Shown: positions 19,302 to 29,646 of the stretch, one piece after another
How positions within the stretch are numbered: the stretch's first letter is position 1
Layout of the letters: every line of letters starts with the position of its first letter
Assembly (NCBI GenBank): GCA_964566305.1
Contig: CAZMIF010000062.1
Coordinates: 7,484-71,483, forward strand
Length of the DNA: 64,000 bases
Direction of reading: 5' to 3'
Source: an uncultured bacterium
Lineage (GTDB): Bacteria > Deinococcota > Deinococci > Deinococcales > Marinithermaceae
Translations under genes and position numbers: made by a program
Notes under the pieces: model-generated
The model's database searches: none
Told to the model about the DNA's origin: nothing
What the model saw: the letters and a program-made list of their open reading frames with translations, nothing else

Positions 19302-21995
19302 TCAAGGCTGGTTGGCCAGCACCTCTTCGAGGGCCGCGAAGGCGCGTTCCAGATCGAAGCCGCCCCCCTGGGCAAGCTGCGGCTTGCCGCCGCCGCGACC
19401 GCCGGAGCGCTCGCCGAGGGCCTTGATGACCTGGCCGGCCGCAAGCCCCCGTGCGACGGCGTCGGGGCTGACCTTGACTATCAGCATTCCCCCCGCGCCA
19501 ACGGCCACCAGGTCTACGCCGTGCTTCTCCAGCAGCTCGTCGGCCACCTGGCGCAGCGCCGGAACGTCGAGCCCAGAAAACTCTACGGCCACGTAGCGCC
19601 AGCCGCCCGCCTCTCTAACCGCCGCGCTGCCGCCGCCCCCCAGCTGGGCGTGGGCCAGCTGGCTGGCCAGGCGCTCGTTGTCGCGGCGCAGCTGCTTGAT
19701 TTCCTGTTGCAGCTTGCCGACCCGCTCGGCCAGGGCCTCGGGCGCGGTGCCCAGCTCGCGGGCCAGAGCCGCGGTGCGGTCGAAAAAGTCGCGGGCGTAA
19801 CGAACCGCCGCCTCGCCGGTTAGCGCCTCGAGGCGGCGCACCCCGGAGGAAACGGCCTCCTCGCTGATTATCAGGAAGTAGCCGATCTCGCCGGTGCGGC
19901 GCACGTGGCAACCGCCGCAGAGCTCCATCGAGCTCACCCCGGTCTGGAGGATGCCGCTGGTGTCGGGGCTGCCCTCGACCCGCACCACCCGCACGGTATC
20001 GCCGTATTTCTCGCCGAAGAGCGCCATCGCTCCAGCCTTCCTGGCCTCCTCGAGCGGCATGTAGGTCCAGCTAACCGGAAAATCGGCCTGGACCCAGCGG
20101 TTGACCAGCAGCTCTACATTGCGCAGCTCCCCGGCCGTGAGCGGCGAGGGGTGGGTGAAGTCGAAGCGCAGGCGGTCCGGAGCCACCAGACTGCCCGCCT
20201 GGCGGACGTGCGTTCCCAGCACCGCCCGCAAAGCGGCGTGGAGGAGGTGGGTGGCGGTGTGGTTCTTCTCGGTATCGCGCCGCACGGGGTCGACGACCGC
20301 CCGCACCGACGCGCCCACCTCGAGCCCGCCCTCCTCCACCTCGACCTGGTGCAGGTGGAGGCCCTGCTTGCTCTTTCTGGTGCCCAGCACCCGGGCGCGG
20401 CCGCCGGGCCACTCGAGGTAGCCGGTGTCGCCCACCTGACCGCCGCCCTCCGCGTAGAAGGGGGTGCGGTCGAGCACCACCTGGCCGCCGGAGCCGGCTT
20501 CCAGCCTGTCCAGCTCGACCTCGCCCTGGAGAATGAGCAGCACCTTTCCCTCGTCTTCGAGACGCTCGTAACCGGTGAACTCGGTGGCGCCGTGGTTCTC
20601 GAAGACCCGCTCCAGCGCCGGCGAGGCGGCGGCGAAAACGTCGCCCGAAAAGGCGCTGGCGGCGCGGGCCCGCTCGACCTGCTCCCGCATCGCCTTCTCG
20701 AACCCCTCGCGGTCAACGCGAACGCCGCGCTCGGCGGCTATTTCTTCGGTCAGGTCGAGGGGGAATCCGTAGGTATCGTGCAAGCGGAAGGCCTCCTCGC
20801 CAGGCAAGACGTCGCCCTCTTTCAGCCCCGCCAGCAGCGCCTCGAGCCGGCGGATGCCCTGCTCCAGGGTCTCCAGGAAGCGCGCTTCCTCGGCGCGGAT
20901 GGCGGCCTGAACGCTGGGCAGCTGCTCGCGCATCTCCGGGTAGAAGTCGCCCAGCAAGCGGGCCACGATGGGAGCCAGCTCGTGCATGAACGGCTCCTTG
21001 AGGCCCAGCAAATAGCCGTGGCGGACCGCCCGCCGCAGGAGCCGGCGGATAACGTAGCCGCGGCCGGTGTTCGAGAAGGTGGCCCCGTCGGAGAGGGCGG
21101 CGACCACCGCGCGCGCGTGGTCGGCGATGACCCGGTGACTTACGCTGACCGCCCCCTTGTAACCGACGCCCGAGAGCTCGGCGACGCGGTCGATGAGCGG
21201 CTTGAAGGTGTCGGTGGCGTAAAAGTCTTCGACGTCCTGAAGGATGGCCGCCACCCGGTAGAGGCCCATGCCGGTGTCGATGTTCCGCTGCGGCAGCGGC
21301 TCCAGAACCCCCTGGCCGGGGATGGGGCCGGAGCGGTTGAACTGGGTGAAGACCAGGTTCCAGATTTCCACGAAGCGGTCGCCGGAGCCGGTGTTGGGCC
21401 CGGTCTCGTCGGGGCTGCCGAAGCCGGGGCCGCGGTCGTAGAAGATCTCGCTGCAGGGGCCGCAAGGCCCGTTGGGACCCTGGCTGATGGCGTTGGCCGG
21501 CCAGAAGTTTTCGTCCTCGTCCCAGCGGCTGATGCGCTCCTCGGGCACCCCCACCTCGTCGCGCCAGATGCGGTAGGCCTCGTCGTCGTCCTTGTAAACG
21601 GTCACGTAGAGGCGCTCGGGCTCGAGGCCCAGCCACCTGGGGTCGGTCACGAACTCCCAGGCCCAGGCAATGGCCTCTTTCTTGAAGTAGTCGCCGAACG
21701 AAAAGTTGCCGAGCATTTCGAAGAAGGTGTTGTGGCGGGCGGTGCGACCCACGTTTTCGATGTCGCCGACGCGCAGGCACTTCTGGCAGGTGGTCACCCG
21801 CCGGTGCTCGCCCTCGTAGCCGGGGAAGACCGGCCTGGCGCCCATGAAGTAGGGCTTGAGCGGGGCCATTCCGGCCACCGTGAAGAGGAGGGTCGGGTCG
21901 TCCTCGGGGATCAGGCTGAAGGAAGGCAGGCGCAGGTGGCCCTTTTCTTCAAAAAAGCTCAGGTATTTTTCGCGAATCTCGGCGGTCGTCATCAA
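19302..21995 (-). CDS. alaS: Alanine--tRNA ligase
   Basis: 897 aa with MTTAEIREKYLSFFEEKGH, the FTVAGM class II motif, an editing domain HxxxH (NHTATHLLH) and a C-terminal DHHA1-like tail. Confidence 0.95.
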   Translation of the reverse strand: MMTTAEIREKYLSFFEEKGHLRLPSFSLIPEDDPTLLFTVAGMAPLKPYFMGARPVFPGYEGEHRRVTTCQKCLRVGDIENVGRTARHNTFFEMLGNFSFGDYFKKEAIAWAWEFVTDPRWLGLEPERLYVTVYKDDDEAYRIWRDEVGVPEERISRWDEDENFWPANAISQGPNGPCGPCSEIFYDRGPGFGSPDETGPNTGSGDRFVEIWNLVFTQFNRSGPIPGQGVLEPLPQRNIDTGMGLYRVAAILQDVEDFYATDTFKPLIDRVAELSGVGYKGAVSVSHRVIADHARAVVAALSDGATFSNTGRGYVIRRLLRRAVRHGYLLGLKEPFMHELAPIVARLLGDFYPEMREQLPSVQAAIRAEEARFLETLEQGIRRLEALLAGLKEGDVLPGEEAFRLHDTYGFPLDLTEEIAAERGVRVDREGFEKAMREQVERARAASAFSGDVFAAASPALERVFENHGATEFTGYERLEDEGKVLLILQGEVELDRLEAGSGGQVVLDRTPFYAEGGGQVGDTGYLEWPGGRARVLGTRKSKQGLHLHQVEVEEGGLEVGASVRAVVDPVRRDTEKNHTATHLLHAALRAVLGTHVRQAGSLVAPDRLRFDFTHPSPLTAGELRNVELLVNRWVQADFPVSWTYMPLEEARKAGAMALFGEKYGDTVRVVRVEGSPDTSGILQTGVSSMELCGGCHVRRTGEIGYFLIISEEAVSSGVRRLEALTGEAAVRYARDFFDRTAALARELGTAPEALAERVGKLQQEIKQLRRDNERLASQLAHAQLGGGGSAAVREAGGWRYVAVEFSGLDVPALRQVADELLEKHGVDLVAVGAGGMLIVKVSPDAVARGLAAGQVIKALGERSGGRGGGKPQLAQGGGFDLERAFAALEEVLANQP

Positions 21996-22050
21996 GCGGG
22001 ATTATACCGCGCTCTACTCTTATTCACGCTGGCGGCGTTAAACTTCGCTT

Positions 22051-23190
22051 GTGGAACTGCTAACCCTGGTCTGGCGCAACCTGACCGCCCGGCTGACCCG
22101 CAGCACCTTTACCTGGCTGGGTATCGCCGTGGCGACGGCCTCGATGGTCCTCTTCCTCTCCTTCGGCGAGGGGCTGCGGCACGCCCTGGCGGCCGAGATG
22201 GGCAACATGGGCCCGCAGATCCGGATAGTCGCCCAGGGAACCGACGCCTTCAGTCCGCCGCTGCCGGAACTGCCGCCGGAGATGCTGGGCCAGATCGAAG
22301 AGCTGGCCCCCGAGCTGGGAATCGAGAAGGTAATTCCGGCGGTGGTCATGTTTCGCGGCGGCTTCGACCCGGCCAGCAGCTTTCTCTTCTACGGCCTGCC
22401 CGAGGGTTCCGACCCGCGCGACTTCTACCCGAAGGCGGAGGTGGCCGCCGGCCGCCTCGACCCGCACCCGAACGGGGCGGTGGTCGGCTCCAAGAAGGCC
22501 GAGCTGAACCACCTGACCCTGGGCAAGCCGCTGCGCCTCAGCCGCGAGGTGACCGTGCCGGTGGTCGGGGTGATGAAACCGGCCGGCAGCATGGTCGATA
22601 GCTTCATCTTCGTGCCCATGAAGACGCTGCAGCGGGTCCTGGGCACCAAGAACTACGGCGTCTTCCTGCTCCAGCTCGAGCCCGGCGTGAACGTAGACGA
22701 AGTCGCCCGGAAGCTAGAGGAGGCGATTCCCGGCATAGACGCCCAGAGCACCAACGAGGCCCTCAAGTTCGCCGAGCGGGCCATGCGCATCGGCGACCTG
22801 ATCCGCTTCGGCATCAGCCTGGTGGCGCTGGTCGTCGGCGGCCTGCTGGTGGCCAACACGGTGATGATGAGCGTCTACGAGCGGACCCGCGAGTTCGGCG
22901 TGATGCGGGCCATCGGCGCCCGCCGCCGTTTCATCTTCGGCCTGGTCCTCTCCGAGGCCCTCTTTCTGGCGCTGACCGGCGGCCTGGCCGGGGTGGCCGC
23001 GGGGGTGGCCGGCTCGGCGGTCATCAACGTCTACACCGAGCACGCCGTCGGCCTGGCTCTTTCGGCGGTCACGCCGCGGCTGGCGCTCTTCTCGATGGCG
23101 GTGGCGCTGGCGCTGGGCCTGATAGCCGGGCTGCTGCCGGCGCGCAACGCCAGCCGCATACCGGTTACCGAGGCCCTGGGGAGGGTGTGA
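22051..23190 (+). CDS. ABC transporter permease, FtsX/MacB-like
   Basis: N-terminal TM helix, a large periplasmic domain, and a C-terminal FtsX 3-TM module (VMMSVYERTREFGVMRAIGA). GTG start. Confidence 0.8.
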   Translation: MELLTLVWRNLTARLTRSTFTWLGIAVATASMVLFLSFGEGLRHALAAEMGNMGPQIRIVAQGTDAFSPPLPELPPEMLGQIEELAPELGIEKVIPAVVMFRGGFDPASSFLFYGLPEGSDPRDFYPKAEVAAGRLDPHPNGAVVGSKKAELNHLTLGKPLRLSREVTVPVVGVMKPAGSMVDSFIFVPMKTLQRVLGTKNYGVFLLQLEPGVNVDEVARKLEEAIPGIDAQSTNEALKFAERAMRIGDLIRFGISLVALVVGGLLVANTVMMSVYERTREFGVMRAIGARRRFIFGLVLSEALFLALTGGLAGVAAGVAGSAVINVYTEHAVGLALSAVTPRLALFSMAVALALGLIAGLLPARNASRIPVTEALGRV

Positions 23191-23864
23191 TGCTGCGGGC
23201 CCGGGAACTGACCAAGCGCTACCGCCAGGGCGAGGCGACGATTACCGCCCTCGACGGCTTCAGCTACGACTTTCCGCCCGGGGCGACCGCGGTGGTCGGC
23301 CCCAGCGGCTCCGGCAAGACCACCCTGCTCAACCTGTTGGCCGGCTTCGACCGGCCCAGCGCCGGCTCCGTGGAGCTGGCCGGGGTGCGAATAGACGAGC
23401 TGGACGAGGACGACCGCGCCGGCGTCCGGCTGCAACACGCCGGCTTCGTCTTCCAGAGCTGGAACCTGCTGCCGACGCTCTCGGCTCTCGAGAACGTCGC
23501 CTTTCCACTCCTGCTGGCCGGTGTCCCCCGCGGCGAGCGGGAGCGCCGCGCCCTGGGGCTGCTGGAGCGGGTCGGCCTGGCCGGCCGCGCCAACCACCGC
23601 CCCAACCAGCTCTCCGGCGGCGAGCAGCAGCGGGTAGCCATCGCCCGGGCGCTGGCGCTGGAGCCGGCGGTCCTCTTCGCCGACGAACCCACCGGCAACC
23701 TCGACTCGGCCGCGGGCCGGATGGTGCTCGACCTGCTGCTCGAACACGCCGTCGGCGAGCGACGGCTGGTGCTGGTGACCCACGACCTGCAGGTCGCCTC
23801 GCGGGCCGAGCGCATTCTTCACCTGCGCGACGGCCGCCTGATCGACGTGGAGGAAAAGGGCTAG
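23187..23864 (+). CDS. ABC transporter ATP-binding protein (LolD/MacB-type)
   Basis: Walker [10 protein letters not shown], signature [15 protein letters not shown], Walker [16 protein letters not shown] 23187 or ATG 23190. Confidence 0.9.
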   Translation: MMLRARELTKRYRQGEATITALDGFSYDFPPGATAVVGPSGSGKTTLLNLLAGFDRPSAGSVELAGVRIDELDEDDRAGVRLQHAGFVFQSWNLLPTLSALENVAFPLLLAGVPRGERERRALGLLERVGLAGRANHRPNQLSGGEQQRVAIARALALEPAVLFADEPTGNLDSAAGRMVLDLLLEHAVGERRLVLVTHDLQVASRAERILHLRDGRLIDVEEKG

Positions 23865-24071
23865 GCTCCGGCCCCTCCCGCGCGGGCCGCGGGTCCGGTT
23901 CGGTTGTTCCGGAATCCCAGCGCTCCCGCGGCGCCCGGCGCGGCCCGCGAGGCCGGAACGCCGGAAGGCGGGCTCCCTTTGCGGGCGGCTCGAGGCGGAG
24001 CCCCCTCCCGACCGCGACGCAAAACGCCCCTTTCAAGCGGCGCCCCCGGCCGGCGGCGCGGAAGCGGACCG

Positions 24072-26246
24072 CTAATCGCGCGGCTCGACCACCAGGCCCG
24101 AGGCCTTGGCCTGGTACATCCGCGAGTCGGCCAGCTTGAGCAGCTCTTCGGGGTCGGCGGTGTCTTCCGGATACGCCGCGGCCCCGAAGTTGGCCTGTAT
24201 GCAGTGGCCCTCCAGGCAGACCTTCGCGATGGCGGCGGCGTAGCGGCGGGCCGCTCGCACGGCCCCGCTGAGGGAGGTGTGCGGCAGCAGCACGGCGAAC
24301 TCGTCGCCGCCCCAGCGGTAAACGTGGTCGCCGTTGCGCACCTGCTCGCGCAGCACCCGCGCCACCTCCCGCAACGCCCGGTCGCCGGCGGCGTGACCGA
24401 AGCGGTCGTTGACCTCCTTGAAACCGCTCAGGTCGAATATCAGTATCGCCAGCGGGTAGCCGTAGCGCCTGGCGCTGTTCCAGAAGACCTCGTAGTCCTC
24501 GTCGAAGGAGCGGCGGTTGGCCAGGCCGGTCAGCGGGTCGGTGTGGGCCGCCCGCTCCAGCAGGCGGCGGTAGTGCTGCTCGTGGAGGAGCAAGGCGGTC
24601 TGCTGGGCGAAGATTCGCGAGACCTCGAGCGACTCCTCGTCGAAGGCCTCGGGGTCGGAAAACGAGTCGAGGTTCATCAGCGCCAGCACCTCGCCCTGGT
24701 AGACGATGGGGAAGCAGAGGTTGGCCTTTATCTCCCGCACCCGCCCCGCCTGGTCGATTACCTCGACGGGCGCCGTTTTGTAGCTCATCTGGGCGATGTC
24801 CCGCTCGGCGGTGGAGATGACGCGCGGCTCGCCCCTCTCCCACTTGCCGCGGCCGGCGCGGTACCAGCCGTCGCGGATGTCCTCCAGCGTGTAGGTGATC
24901 TGCCGCAGCTTTTCCAGGTCGTAACCCAGGGCGGCGGCGTAGGCGTAGTCGCCGGACTCGGTGCGCACCAGCAGGCTGCCGGCCTCGGCGCCGGGAACCA
25001 GGAGGACCGCGTAGTGCATCAGCGTTTCGTAGGCCTCGTCGATCATCAGACCCAGCACCTCGCGCTCCAGCCGCAGGAGGGCGTCGAGGCGCTCGCTGAC
25101 CAGGAAGCGCTCGGCCATCAGGCCGAGCCCCCGGGCGACCAGGGCCAGGAAGTCGCGCTCCTCCTCGGTCCACTCGCGCACCCGCTCGTCCTGAACGACC
25201 AGGACTATCCGCGCCCGCCGCTCGCCGGAAACGGGCACGAAGGCCAGCGAGCGAACGCCGGCGTCGTAGACTTCCTGAACCCGCAGGCTGAACCGGCCGT
25301 AGTCGGAGATGAAGAGCGGCCGGTAGCTGACGTAGCTCTTCCAGATGCCGCCCCAGCCCGCCGGCAGACCGGCCAAAAGCAGCGCCTCCTCGGCCGGCGG
25401 CATCCGGCCGGCCATCGCCAGGGGCTCGAAGCGGCCCATCCGGAAGATCATCACCACCCCCGACGAGGCCTCGAGCATCGGCAGCAGCAGCTCCAGGACC
25501 TTGGCGACCGCCGTTTCCAGGCGCTCGCTCGAGGCCATCGCCTCCATCAAGCGCCCGAAACGACGCGCCTCGACGTTCTCTTCCAGCCGCCGCCTCAACA
25601 GGCAGACGACGTCGACGAAGGCGGCGAAAAGAGAGCGCTCGTCCTCATCGAGCGGCGTCGCCGACTCGATGACCACCACGTAGCGGTCGCACATTGGCAG
25701 CAGGAGCAGGCTGCCCTCGGAACCCGGGTGGTAACTGGGCAGGCCCTCGTTCAGTACCTCCGCCGGCGAAACGGGCAGCCGCCGGGCGTCGCAGCCGCCC
25801 TCGAGCTGTAGCTCGTTGCGGGCGTCCAGCACGCAGACCTGGCGCAACCGGGTGTCGCTCAAGAGCTCGGGCAGGCGGCGCAACAACTCCTCGGGATCCT
25901 GGAAGCGGCCGGCGCGGTCGGCCGCCCGCAGCATCGCCCGCAGGTCTTCTTTGAGCCGCCGCTGACGCCGCTCGACCGTCCGGATGCGCAGCTCCAGCTC
26001 GCGCCCCATCCAGACGGCCAGCACCAGCGCCGCGGCCATGAAGAGGGCGGCCTCCGGTTCCGGTCTTCGCAGCCAGGCCACGACGAGCATCGCCAGCGCC
26101 GCCGGCGCCGCCGGCGCGAAGCCCCAGGCCAGCGAGATGAGGAAAGCGGCCATCACCGCGACCGCGTAGGCTCCCGGCCAGCCGGACCAGAGTCCGGCGA
26201 AGGCCAGCAGCCCGGCCAGGGCGACCGCGGCGTTGCGAGTGTGCAT
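24072..26246 (-). CDS. Membrane-anchored multi-GAF diguanylate cyclase (GGDEF)
   Basis: N-terminal hydrophobic helices, long GAF-like sensory region and a C-terminal GGDEF domain (RWGGDEFAVLLP). Lies 18 nt downstream of ppk. Confidence 0.8.
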   Translation of the reverse strand: MHTRNAAVALAGLLAFAGLWSGWPGAYAVAVMAAFLISLAWGFAPAAPAALAMLVVAWLRRPEPEAALFMAAALVLAVWMGRELELRIRTVERRQRRLKEDLRAMLRAADRAGRFQDPEELLRRLPELLSDTRLRQVCVLDARNELQLEGGCDARRLPVSPAEVLNEGLPSYHPGSEGSLLLLPMCDRYVVVIESATPLDEDERSLFAAFVDVVCLLRRRLEENVEARRFGRLMEAMASSERLETAVAKVLELLLPMLEASSGVVMIFRMGRFEPLAMAGRMPPAEEALLLAGLPAGWGGIWKSYVSYRPLFISDYGRFSLRVQEVYDAGVRSLAFVPVSGERRARIVLVVQDERVREWTEEERDFLALVARGLGLMAERFLVSERLDALLRLEREVLGLMIDEAYETLMHYAVLLVPGAEAGSLLVRTESGDYAYAAALGYDLEKLRQITYTLEDIRDGWYRAGRGKWERGEPRVISTAERDIAQMSYKTAPVEVIDQAGRVREIKANLCFPIVYQGEVLALMNLDSFSDPEAFDEESLEVSRIFAQQTALLLHEQHYRRLLERAAHTDPLTGLANRRSFDEDYEVFWNSARRYGYPLAILIFDLSGFKEVNDRFGHAAGDRALREVARVLREQVRNGDHVYRWGGDEFAVLLPHTSLSGAVRAARRYAAAIAKVCLEGHCIQANFGAAAYPEDTADPEELLKLADSRMYQAKASGLVVEPRD

Positions 26247-26264
26247 CGCACTAATGATAACAAG

Positions 26265-28115
26265 CTAGAGGAGTTTTAGCTGGGAGTTACGGTGGCCACC
26301 CCACTTCGGGCGGAAACCGCCCGACGGCTCGAGAACGAAGGCGTTCACGTCGTCGCTGAGCTGGAAATTGAGGAAGCGCCAGAGCCGCCGCCGTTCCGGC
26401 TCGGGAATCGGGAAGAAGACCTCGAGGCGCCGGTCGAAGTTGCGCTCCATCCAGTCGCCGCTGCCCGCCCAGACGCTCAGCTCGCCCTCGCGGCAGAAGG
26501 CCATCACCCGGGCGTGCTCCAGATAGCGGCCGACTATGCTGACCGCCCGCGCCCCCGGCGGCAATCCGGTCAGCGTGGAGCGGACTATCAGCTCCACCCG
26601 CGCCCCGGCCGCGGCCGCCCGCCCCAGAGCCGCCAGCAAGCGGGCGTCGGTCAGGTGATTGACCTTGACGATTATCCGCCCGCGAACGGCGGCGGTGGCG
26701 GCTATCTCGCTCAGGAACGCTTTGCGGGCCGCCGGGCCGGTTAGCAGCCGCCGCAGCCGCGGAACCGCGCCGCGGCGCAGCGCCGCGAAGAAGCGGGCCA
26801 CGTCTCCGGCAGGTTCGGGACGGGTGGTCAGCAAGGAAACGTCGGTGTACAGGCGGCCGTTTTCGGGGTTGTAGTTGCCGCTGCCCAGGTGGGCGTAGCG
26901 CAGCCCGTCCCCCTCGGCCAGGAAGAGCTTGGCGTGTACTTTGCGCGCGGGAGGGTAGTCGAGCACCCGCACCCCGCGCCCCTCGAGCCAGAGCCGCCAG
27001 TAGAGGTTGACCAGCTCGTCGAAGCGGGCCCGCCCCTCCAGCAGCACCTCGACCTGCTTGCCCCGGTCGGCGGCTTCCAGCAGAGCGTCCATAATTGGGT
27101 TCTGCTCGCCGACCCTGTAGAGGGTCGCCCGCAGGCGTTCCACTCCCGGATCGCGGGCCGCGGCGGCGACGAAGGCCACCACCTGGTCGTAGTCGTCGCC
27201 GGGGTGGTAGAGCAACAGGTCGCGCCGGCGCAGGTAGGCCAGCGGGTCGGCGGCGAAACCGCGGCGGCGGCGCGGGCGGCGCGGCGGCCAGCGCAGCCCG
27301 GGAATGTCCAGGGCGGCCAGCTCGAAGAGGAGACGCAGGTCGAGGGGCGCGGGCAGCTCGAAGACCTCTTCGGGCCTCAGCTCCAGGCTGCGGGCGATGG
27401 CCGCGCGCCAGGGAAAACCGCGCTCCACCTCCAGACGGCTGGGGCGGCCGTCGAGCCGGCTCTCCAGCGCCTGCGGCAGCTCCTCCCAGTCGAGCCGCGC
27501 CGCCTCCAGGCGGGCGATGCGGGTCAGCCGCAGCTCGTACATCGGCATCGGCTGCGGCAGGAAGAGGTCGCTGCGCCAGCGGATGAGCGCCCCCAGGCGC
27601 ACGAAGGCGCCGGGCCGGCCGGGAACCTCCAGAAAACGCCGTCCCGGCGGCTGGCGCAGCAGGTAGCGCAGGTTGCGGCGGCCGGCGGCGAAGTAGAGGG
27701 CGCGCGAGGAAAGGTCGCCGATGGCCGCGGCGTCGAGGAGGTCGGTTCGGGGGGCGACCTCCTCGGCCAGGTAGGCGCCGAAGTAGCGCTGTTCGGTCGG
27801 GGTCAGCCCGGCGGGCTCGAGCAGCCGGACGCCGGCGGCGGCCAGCTCGCGGGCCAGCTCCGCGTAGAGGGCGGAGGCCTCGGCGGCCGCGTCGCCCACC
27901 TCGGCCAGCAGCTCGCGGTAAGCGCGGGGAACGCGCTTTCTGGCGCGGGCTTCCTGGAAGAGCCGGTAGATCCGGGCCGAGAAGAACTCGTCGGAGTTGG
28001 CGGCGAAGATGGCCAGGTAGCGGAGCCTCTCGAGCAGGGGCACGTCGGGGCGGCGGGCGGTGGCCAGCACGCGGCGGTTGAAGCGGAACCAGGAGAGCTC
28101 GCGGCTAACGGGCAT
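26265..28115 (-). CDS. ppk: Polyphosphate kinase 1
   Basis: RELSWFRFNRRVL N-terminus, SNLDEFF-like NSDEFF and two PLD-like HKD-type regions. Start set at ATG 28115 because GGGGAGG lies 6 nt upstream. The ORF-track ATG at 28148 has no SD. Confidence 0.85.
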   Translation of the reverse strand: MPVSRELSWFRFNRRVLATARRPDVPLLERLRYLAIFAANSDEFFSARIYRLFQEARARKRVPRAYRELLAEVGDAAAEASALYAELARELAAAGVRLLEPAGLTPTEQRYFGAYLAEEVAPRTDLLDAAAIGDLSSRALYFAAGRRNLRYLLRQPPGRRFLEVPGRPGAFVRLGALIRWRSDLFLPQPMPMYELRLTRIARLEAARLDWEELPQALESRLDGRPSRLEVERGFPWRAAIARSLELRPEEVFELPAPLDLRLLFELAALDIPGLRWPPRRPRRRRGFAADPLAYLRRRDLLLYHPGDDYDQVVAFVAAAARDPGVERLRATLYRVGEQNPIMDALLEAADRGKQVEVLLEGRARFDELVNLYWRLWLEGRGVRVLDYPPARKVHAKLFLAEGDGLRYAHLGSGNYNPENGRLYTDVSLLTTRPEPAGDVARFFAALRRGAVPRLRRLLTGPAARKAFLSEIAATAAVRGRIIVKVNHLTDARLLAALGRAAAAGARVELIVRSTLTGLPPGARAVSIVGRYLEHARVMAFCREGELSVWAGSGDWMERNFDRRLEVFFPIPEPERRRLWRFLNFQLSDDVNAFVLEPSGGFRPKWGGHRNSQLKLL

Positions 28116-28146
28116 GCCCGCCTCCCCGGACGCGGTAGGCTGGGGC

Positions 28147-29646
28147 ATGGCCCGCGCGGGAATAGTCGACGTCGGCTCGGGAACCGCCCGGCTGGTGGTC
28201 TACGAGTACGAACCGCGGCGGCGCTACCGGCTGGTCGACGAGCTGCGCGAGCCGGTGCGCCTGGGCGAGGGGCTGGCGGCCAGCGGCCGGCTGGCGCCGG
28301 CGGCCGTGCAGCGGGCGCTGGGCTTTCTGGCGGCCGTCAACGACTACGCCCGCGCCACCGGCCTGGAAAGCCTCGAGGCCTTCGCCACCAGCGCCGTCCG
28401 CTCGGCCGAGAACCGCGCCGAGCTGCTCGAGCCGGCGCGGCTGCTGGGCGTGCCGTTGCGCGTTCTCTCCGGCGAGGAGGAGGCGGCCTACGGCGTCCTG
28501 GCCGTCGCCGGCGGCTTCACCCTGGCCGACGCCTGGGTGATGGACCTGGGCGGCGGCAGCGCCCAGGTGAGCCGGATGCGCGAGCGCCGCTGGAGCGAGG
28601 GGCGGGCCTACCCGCTGGGAGCGGTGCGGCTGACCGAGCGCTTTCTGGAGCACGACCCGCCGAAACCGCGCGAGCTGAAGGCGCTGCGCCGCTTCGTCCG
28701 CCAGGAGCTGGCCGGGGCGATCGAACGCCTGCGAAACGACCCCGCCCCCCTCGTCGCCATGGGCGGCACCATCCGCAACCTGGCGCGGGCAGTTCAGCGC
28801 CGCCAGCGCTACCCGCTGGAGCGGCTCCACGGCTACCGACTGCGCACCGCCGACCTGGCCGCGCTTTGCCAGCGGCTTGAGGAGCTCAGCTCCGCCGGCC
28901 GCAAGCGGGTCAGCGGCCTCTCTGCAGACCGGGCCGACGTCATCGTCGCCGGGGCGCAGGTCTACCTGACCCTCCTCGAAGAAAGCGGCCGCGAGGAGCT
29001 GTTCATCTCCGGCTTCGGCGTCCGCGAGGGGGCTTTCTTCAACCACTTCTTTCCCGCGCCACAGACGCCCGGCGAGGTTCGCGAACTGCACCTGCACGGT
29101 CTCGAGGCCCGCTTCCCCGCTGATCCGCAACATATCCAAAGTGTACGACGCCTGGCCGCCCTCCTCTTCGCCGGGCTGGCCCCGCTGCACCGTCTCTCCC
29201 CCGCCGACGGCCGCCTTCTCGACGCCGCCGCCCGCCTGCACGACATCGGCCTGGCGGTCGACTTTTACGACCACCACAAACACGGGGCCTACCTGGTAAC
29301 CAATCACCTCCTGGCCGGCTGGAGCCACGCCGAGCAGGCGCTGCTGGCGCTGCTGGTGCGCTACCATCGCAAGGGCCGGCCCCGCGCCGGCGCTTATGCC
29401 GCCATCCTGGGCGAAGAAGGCGAAGAGCGCCTGCAAAAGCTGGCGGTTATGCTGCGGCTGGCCGAACACCTCGAGCGCGCCCGCAGCGGTCGCCTGGAAC
29501 GCCTGGAAGTAGAGCTGGCCGCCGACCGGGTCACGCTGCAGGTCGGCGGCCCGGCCAACCCCTGGGTAGAGGTCTGGGAGGCCCAGAAGGACGCCGCCCT
29601 CTTCGAGCGCGTCTTCGGCCGCCGCCTAGTCGTCGTCACCCAGTAG
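28147..29646 (+). CDS. ppx: Exopolyphosphatase (Ppx/GppA family) with C-terminal HD-like domain
   Basis: GIVDVGSGTARLVVYE (ASKHA phosphate-1), VMDLGGGSAQ, and a later LHDIG HD-type motif. Start at ATG 28147 (ORF-track 28060 overlaps ppk). Confidence 0.85.
   Translation: MARAGIVDVGSGTARLVVYEYEPRRRYRLVDELREPVRLGEGLAASGRLAPAAVQRALGFLAAVNDYARATGLESLEAFATSAVRSAENRAELLEPARLLGVPLRVLSGEEEAAYGVLAVAGGFTLADAWVMDLGGGSAQVSRMRERRWSEGRAYPLGAVRLTERFLEHDPPKPRELKALRRFVRQELAGAIERLRNDPAPLVAMGGTIRNLARAVQRRQRYPLERLHGYRLRTADLAALCQRLEELSSAGRKRVSGLSADRADVIVAGAQVYLTLLEESGREELFISGFGVREGAFFNHFFPAPQTPGEVRELHLHGLEARFPADPQHIQSVRRLAALLFAGLAPLHRLSPADGRLLDAAARLHDIGLAVDFYDHHKHGAYLVTNHLLAGWSHAEQALLALLVRYHRKGRPRAGAYAAILGEEGEERLQKLAVMLRLAEHLERARSGRLERLEVELAADRVTLQVGGPANPWVEVWEAQKDAALFERVFGRRLVVVTQ

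Noticed and set aside
19905-22601. 898-aa ORF antisense to alaS. Similar very long ORFs occur at 45581-47956 and 46624-48831 (antisense or off-frame to dnaE), 44107-46506, 32188-34497, 23329-25173, 26889-28880, 42127-43113 and 62217-63872.
   Set aside because: All are Arg/Pro/Gly/Ala-rich and low-complexity, with no recognisable motifs. Each lies opposite to, or off-frame from, a gene with unmistakable conserved motifs. Long stop-free alternative frames are expected in DNA this GC-rich.
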